Part shown: one piece after another, positions 27,447-32,000 of the stretch
Layout: every line of letters begins with the position of its first letter
How positions within the stretch are numbered: position 1 is the first letter of the stretch
DNA from: Wolbachia endosymbiont of Cimex lectularius
GTDB taxonomy: Bacteria > Pseudomonadota > Alphaproteobacteria > Rickettsiales > Anaplasmataceae
Direction: 5' to 3'
NCBI RefSeq assembly: GCF_000829315.1
Contig: NZ_AP013028.1
Span: 810,001 to 842,000 of the forward strand
Length of the DNA stretch: 32,000 nucleotides
Position numbers and translations under genes: made by a program
Notes under the pieces: generated by a model
The model's input: the letters and a program-made list of their open reading frames with translations, nothing else
Told to the model about the DNA's origin: nothing
Databases searched by the model: none

Positions 27447-28742
27447 CTACAGCACACAGCTGTACTTGTAGTCCGAAAAGATACTTCTAATCTTATTATA
27501 AGCTTCTTCAAGCTCTGAAGTACTTATTGAATAAGGCGGTAATAAATAAACTGAATTGCCAAGAGGCCTGATTAAAAGCCCCTGCTCTAAAAATTTCATC
27601 TTTAGTGTTTGTGCGCCATGAATATCAAAAGCTGCTATTGTACCAGTCACATGTGCGTGCTGGACGTTCTTACAAGCTTCAGACAAACTTATTAATTCCT
27701 TTTTATGTATATTATGAATCCTCTTAATTGATTCCATGGTATCATGTTTAACTAACAAGTCTAAAGAAGCAATTGCGGCTGCACAACCTAAGGGATTGGC
27801 AGTGTAGGAGTGACCATGAGCAAACGCTTTAGTAAAATGTTCACTTAAAAATGCCAAGTAGACTTCTTCGGTAGTAACTGTGAGAGCAAGTGGGAGAAAA
27901 CCTCCTGTTAATCCTTTAGAGATACATAAAAAATCAGGTATAATTTGAGTTTGTTCGAAAGCAAAGTAAGTACCAGTACGTCCAAAGCCGGTCATGACCT
28001 CATCGCAGATTATCAAAATTCCATGCTGGCGTACTAAATCGACGACTTTTCTAACAAACTCTGGACGGCACATCCTCATGCCACTTGCTCCTTGCACCAA
28101 AGGCTCTAGAATTAATGCAGCAATTTTACGAGAACCAGCACGTAAGTGACCTTCTAACACTTCAAGAGAATGTTTTTCTTTACTTGCTATTTCTTCGTCT
28201 CCATCCCAGGTTTCTGGAAAAGGTACTGTTAAAACAGAAAACAACAGATTTGAAAATGCGTCATGGAAGCCGGACTTAACGCCTACACTCATCGCGCCAA
28301 ATGTATCTCCATGATACCCTCCTTCAAAACTCAGGAAAGTAGTTCTTTCACGGTTACCTTGATTCCACCAATACTGATAGGCCATTTTTAGTGCTACCTC
28401 AACGGCAGTAGAACCATTGTCTGAAAAGAAAAATCTAGATAATTTATCTGGTAATAAAGTTTTCAACTTTTCACAAAGCGTTACTGCAGGCTCATGGGTA
28501 AACCCTGCAAAAATTACATGTTCCAAAGTCATGCTTTGCTCATATATAGCCTGAGCGATCTTGGGATGGGCGTGACCGTGCAGGTTTACCCACCAACTGG
28601 AAATCAGATCCAGGTATGGTTTGCTATTTTCATCATAAAGATATGACCCATGAGCTTTCTTAATTGCAATTGGAAGTTTGGCTACTTTTTCTTGCGTAAA
28701 AGGATGCCATATGATTTTTCTGTCGCGTTCGCTTAAATTCAT
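27447..28742 (-). CDS. bioA: Adenosylmethionine--8-amino-7-oxononanoate aminotransferase
   Basis: 431 aa; IIWHPFTQEK, SSWWVNLHGHAHPKIAQAI, FFSDNGSTAVEVALKMAYQYW, GGYHGDTFGAMSVG, DEVMTGFGRTGT, LCISKGLTGGFLPLALTV. Confidence 0.97.
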   Translation of the reverse strand: MNLSERDRKIIWHPFTQEKVAKLPIAIKKAHGSYLYDENSKPYLDLISSWWVNLHGHAHPKIAQAIYEQSMTLEHVIFAGFTHEPAVTLCEKLKTLLPDKLSRFFFSDNGSTAVEVALKMAYQYWWNQGNRERTTFLSFEGGYHGDTFGAMSVGVKSGFHDAFSNLLFSVLTVPFPETWDGDEEIASKEKHSLEVLEGHLRAGSRKIAALILEPLVQGASGMRMCRPEFVRKVVDLVRQHGILIICDEVMTGFGRTGTYFAFEQTQIIPDFLCISKGLTGGFLPLALTVTTEEVYLAFLSEHFTKAFAHGHSYTANPLGCAAAIASLDLLVKHDTMESIKRIHNIHKKELISLSEACKNVQHAHVTGTIAAFDIHGAQTLKMKFLEQGLLIRPLGNSVYLLPPYSISTSELEEAYNKIRSIFSDYKYSCVL

Positions 28743-29350
28743 TGTTCTAAGATAGCTTTTAATCGATTTGAGAGTGGTGTTTGAATCAGATGTTCTCTAT
28801 CAACTTGTTGCAGTTTAGGTACTGATGCTAACACCTGTACTCTACCATAAAATTCTATTGCTTCAAGATTATCTTGACTAAGTAGTCCATTTAAGATCAC
28901 CCCCAAAATAGGAATATTTCTAGCACGTAGCGCTTCTAAGCTGAGCAATGTGTGATTAATTGTGCCAAGTGTAGACCTTGCAACTAAAATTGTTGGAATG
29001 GCGAGTTTTTTGATTAAATCGACCATTAGTGTGGTTTTATTGATTGGAACTAAAACTCCTCCAGCACCCTCTATGATTAAGTTATGTGTTTTGGACAAGC
29101 TAATCCTATCGATATTAATGCTATCATTCTCCAGCGACGCTGCCAAGTGGGGAGATAGGGGTCTTTTATAAACAAAATTTTCTTTATAAACGTTGGCGTT
29201 AGTCAAATTGCTTATTTGATGACTATCTGTACCTAGAATACTTCCAGTTTGGATGGGTTTGAAATACGAATACCCAGTGTGTAGGCAGAGCCAACTGCTT
29301 ATAGTAGTCTTACCAACGTCGGTATCTGTTCCTGTTACAAAGATCTGCAT
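28739..29350 (-). CDS. bioD: Dethiobiotin synthetase
   Basis: 203 aa; MQIFVTGTDTDVGKTTISSWLC, YFKPIQTG, LIIEGAGGVLVPIN. 4-bp overlap with bioA. Confidence 0.96.
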   Translation of the reverse strand: MQIFVTGTDTDVGKTTISSWLCLHTGYSYFKPIQTGSILGTDSHQISNLTNANVYKENFVYKRPLSPHLAASLENDSINIDRISLSKTHNLIIEGAGGVLVPINKTTLMVDLIKKLAIPTILVARSTLGTINHTLLSLEALRARNIPILGVILNGLLSQDNLEAIEFYGRVQVLASVPKLQQVDREHLIQTPLSNRLKAILEQ

Positions 29351-30093
29351 CTACTTAAAACTCCAAAAAATACTTTATAGGTAACATTAATCTTGCCAGT
29401 ATAGGTTTTAACGATCTTCCTTAGATCAGACAGAGGAATTGTTTGGCTACTTAAATTTGCTCCCAAATTTTTAAGATATTTGATAAATTCACTTGCGCTT
29501 GGAAAACACAATGTAAATTCTTGCGAGTCGAAAAAATATTTTTTTGGCTTCAGGTGAAGTAAATAGCTTTCTAATTCTTGTTTAGATGGATACTGATGAG
29601 TTGGTGCAGGTAATAAGGATTTTGTAAAGACTCTAGACCATTCATTAAATGTACCATCCAGTAAACACGAAAAAACAAAGACATTTGAGTTATTGTATGA
29701 TTCCTTTATCATCTTTTTTAAATTGCGCACCCATTGCACTGCTAGGTTTGAAATGGTAAGATCGTGAAAGCCAAAGTCTAGTGCTTCCATGTCGCCTAAG
29801 ATGAATGCAACTTCCTTATACACCGCTAATTTTTCTTTTGTTTTCGCCAACATACTGGGTGATATGTCATTTAAAGTGAACTTGCTTTGCGGAAAGAAAC
29901 TAAACAAAATTTCTGGAATGTAGCCTGTACCTGTACCCAAATCTAAAATAGATTGTGGATGAAATTCAGGAAAACAACTTTTTAACAAATTGACTAGCTT
30001 TGCAGCACATTCTTTTTGGACAAAAGCTACATTATCATAAGACGAGCTTGCTCTGTTAAAATTGTCCTGTATGTATCTCTTTTGTAATTCCAT
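29335..30093 (-). CDS. bioC: Malonyl-ACP O-methyltransferase
   Basis: 252 aa; FNRASSSYDNVAFVQKECAAKL, ILDLGTGTGYIPEIL, DISPSMLAKTKEKL, DLTISNLAVQWV. Overlaps bioD by 16 bp. Confidence 0.94.
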   Translation of the reverse strand: MELQKRYIQDNFNRASSSYDNVAFVQKECAAKLVNLLKSCFPEFHPQSILDLGTGTGYIPEILFSFFPQSKFTLNDISPSMLAKTKEKLAVYKEVAFILGDMEALDFGFHDLTISNLAVQWVRNLKKMIKESYNNSNVFVFSCLLDGTFNEWSRVFTKSLLPAPTHQYPSKQELESYLLHLKPKKYFFDSQEFTLCFPSASEFIKYLKNLGANLSSQTIPLSDLRKIVKTYTGKINVTYKVFFGVLSRCRSL

Positions 30094-30709
30094 TACAAAA
30101 ACTTATAATTTGCTCGTACACAAAATGATATTCACATAACCCTAGACTATGGTAACCTCTGCTATGCATAACAACTTTAACATCTTTATTGAAGTTATCA
30201 TAGATAAGTTCCTGGGGTACAATTGTATCATTTGTTGCACCTAATATTAATAGTGGTATGTGTGGTAGCTGATGTACTGTGGTGAGTAGCTCTAAATCTT
30301 GCATTAGTTTTGCTTTATTCAACCGATTGAAAGAGTTGTAGTTTAAGCCGCATCTTTTATGGAAGGACATCAGGGTATCTACTGGATCCATTTGAAAGTG
30401 CTGTATCATTGCTTTTAGCTCTAACTTGCGTTTTTTGTGTAACCATAAATCAAATCCCAAAAAATTGATAAAAGCTTGTATACCGATAAGTGCGTTAAAT
30501 TTTACATTCAAGGAAGCTAGTTTTATCAGTCCAAGGGAATGTCCAATACCAATAAATGTACTATCTTCTGGTAAGTTCAAATTTTCTTCTCCAAAGTAAC
30601 CAAGATCTAAACAATGGCAGGGAACTTGAGAGAAATATTTATTTATGAGAGGTTGAAAAAACTTATAATCAAACCCCCAACCGTGACAAAACACAAAGCG
30701 ATAGTTCAT
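30056..30709 (-). CDS. bioH: Pimeloyl-ACP methyl ester esterase, BioH-type alpha/beta hydrolase
   Basis: 217 aa; FCHGWGFDYKFFQPL, nucleophile elbow GIGHSLG, PLLILGATNDTIVP, SRGYHSLG. Sits between bioF and bioC; overlaps bioC by 38 bp. Confidence 0.85.
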   Translation of the reverse strand: MNYRFVFCHGWGFDYKFFQPLINKYFSQVPCHCLDLGYFGEENLNLPEDSTFIGIGHSLGLIKLASLNVKFNALIGIQAFINFLGFDLWLHKKRKLELKAMIQHFQMDPVDTLMSFHKRCGLNYNSFNRLNKAKLMQDLELLTTVHQLPHIPLLILGATNDTIVPQELIYDNFNKDVKVVMHSRGYHSLGLCEYHFVYEQIISFCNGITKEIHTGQF

Positions 30710-31848
30710 ATTTGCTGAAGAGCATGCACTAAATGGTTTAGGTTGTTTTCAGTGTGATTCACATTGAGTGCAATGCGCAATCTTGACGTTCCAGGCGAAA
30801 CAGTAGGTGGGCGTATAGCAGAAACAACCAACCCTTGTTTCAAAAGCTTTTCTTTTGCACTCATTACAATATTTTCATCACCTAGAATTATTGGTATAAT
30901 GTGTGTGACTGAATCACCTGTATTAAATCCAAGATTTTGCAAATTATTTCTTAAACTTGCAGCTTTAAAAGATAAAGCCTGGCGTTGATCAGCAAGATGT
31001 TGCACTAAATCCCAAGCCTTGGCTGCTGCACCAATTACCATTGGAGAAAGAGAGGTTGAATAGATAAACCCTGGACATTTGTTGATTAGGTAATTCTTTA
31101 TAACATTAGAACAAGCAACATACGCGCCAAAGCACCCTAGGGCTTTACTAAAAGTGCCTAAGATTAAATGTGGAATTTCCTGAAGATTAATGCTGGTAGA
31201 TAAGCCATACCCATTGTGACCAATAATACCTGTTGCATGAGCTTCATCTAAATATAGAAAAGCTTCATGTTCTTTGCTCAGAGCAAAAATTTTTTCTATT
31301 GGTGCGATGTCTCCGTCCATACCAAAGATTGTTTCAGTAACAATGAACTTTGGTCTTAAGTCATTTTTGAATTTTGTAAGTAAATTGCTTAAGTGATCTG
31401 CATCATTGTGTTGATATCGTACAAGTTCAGCGTTGCTCAAAAATACAGCTTGATATAAGCTTGCATGATTTAACTTATCAAAAAAAACAATAGGTTTGTT
31501 ACCAAGCACTGATTGATCGAGTAGGCTTGCAAGAACCGTTACATTGGCCTGAAAACCTGAATTGAAAATAAGAACTGACTCAGTTCCTTTGTCTTGGGCA
31601 ATTCTCTTCTCAAGGTCTTCAAATATTTTTTTATTACCTGAGAGCAACCGAGAACCAGTGGATCCTACTCCAAACTGTGCTCCAGAGAGCTTTGCTGCAT
31701 CAAACAGTGCTTCCGACTGACTTAGACCAAGATAATCGTTGGTAGAAAAGTCAATGAAGCTCCCCAAGATAGCTTTCGGCAACTGTCGATATTTTCCTTT
31801 ACTTTGTAGTATATTACAGTATTTATTATATAACAATCTATTTACCAA
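30706..31848 (-). CDS. bioF: 8-amino-7-oxononanoate synthase
   Basis: FSTNDYLGLSQSEALFDAA, GSTGSRLLSGN, FNSGFQANVTVLASLL, YLDEAHATGIIGHNGYGLS, ILGTFSKALGCFGAYVA. Track ORF extends to 31899; start uncertain (TTG candidates at 31848 and 31836). Confidence 0.93.
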   Translation of the reverse strand: MVNRLLYNKYCNILQSKGKYRQLPKAILGSFIDFSTNDYLGLSQSEALFDAAKLSGAQFGVGSTGSRLLSGNKKIFEDLEKRIAQDKGTESVLIFNSGFQANVTVLASLLDQSVLGNKPIVFFDKLNHASLYQAVFLSNAELVRYQHNDADHLSNLLTKFKNDLRPKFIVTETIFGMDGDIAPIEKIFALSKEHEAFLYLDEAHATGIIGHNGYGLSTSINLQEIPHLILGTFSKALGCFGAYVACSNVIKNYLINKCPGFIYSTSLSPMVIGAAAKAWDLVQHLADQRQALSFKAASLRNNLQNLGFNTGDSVTHIIPIILGDENIVMSAKEKLLKQGLVVSAIRPPTVSPGTSRLRIALNVNHTENNLNHLVHALQQI

Positions 31849-31863
31849 GAAGGAGCTTAGATC

Positions 31864-32000
31864 ATGACAGAAGAATGGACTTTTGCCAAGGCAGACCAAA
31901 TCTTTAATTTTCCGTTTCCTGAGCTAATTTATATAGCACAAACAGAACATAGAAAGCAGTTTAATCCTAGTGAAGTGCAAATTAGTACGCTTTTGAGTAT
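31864..32000 (+). CDS. bioB: Biotin synthase, 5' end only (runs off window)
   Basis: Reading from 31864 gives MTEEWTFAKADQIFNFPFPELIYIAQTEHRKQFNPSEVQISTLLSI, the typical BioB N-terminus. Preceded by aaggag (31850-31855). Confidence 0.88.
   Translation, partial: MTEEWTFAKADQIFNFPFPELIYIAQTEHRKQFNPSEVQISTLLS

Noticed and set aside
27284-27511. 75-aa minus-strand ORF at the 3' end of bioA
   Set aside because: Overlaps the bioA terminus and has no recognisable family; more likely chance or decayed sequence.

Overview
The window looks like a chromosomal segment of a Wolbachia-type alphaproteobacterial endosymbiont. That assignment is inferred from gene content and low GC; no database search was run. 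Housekeeping genes present are miaA, pheS and glmU. The right end carries a compact biotin cluster: bioF-H-C-D-A on the minus strand, with the 5' end of bioB diverging on the plus strand. Between them lies accessory DNA: a large serine recombinase, three tandem ankyrin-type genes separated by homologous intergenic modules, a 997-aa ankyrin protein, several Rpn/PDDEXK nuclease-family copies (one apparently full length, the others decayed), and decayed IS630-like and Tn5-like (IS4) transposase relics. One ~860-bp IS5-family element (IS1031-like) is present in five full-length copies with 18-bp terminal inverted repeats and 3-bp TWA target duplications. Removing the IS copies in silico restores or creates continuous reading frames at four loci. 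These are a decayed gene at 93-1917, a ~101-aa ORF, a ~749-aa protein with about eleven 37-aa repeats, and a thiN-like 5' fragment joined in frame to an ankyrin gene. Most novel to me are the IS-split 37-aa-repeat protein, the duplicated ankyrin gene plus intergenic cassette, the IS-in-IS deletion scar, the thiN/ankyrin junction, and the overlapping divergent bioF/bioB starts. I found no CRISPR array, rRNA, or convincing defence or toxin system.
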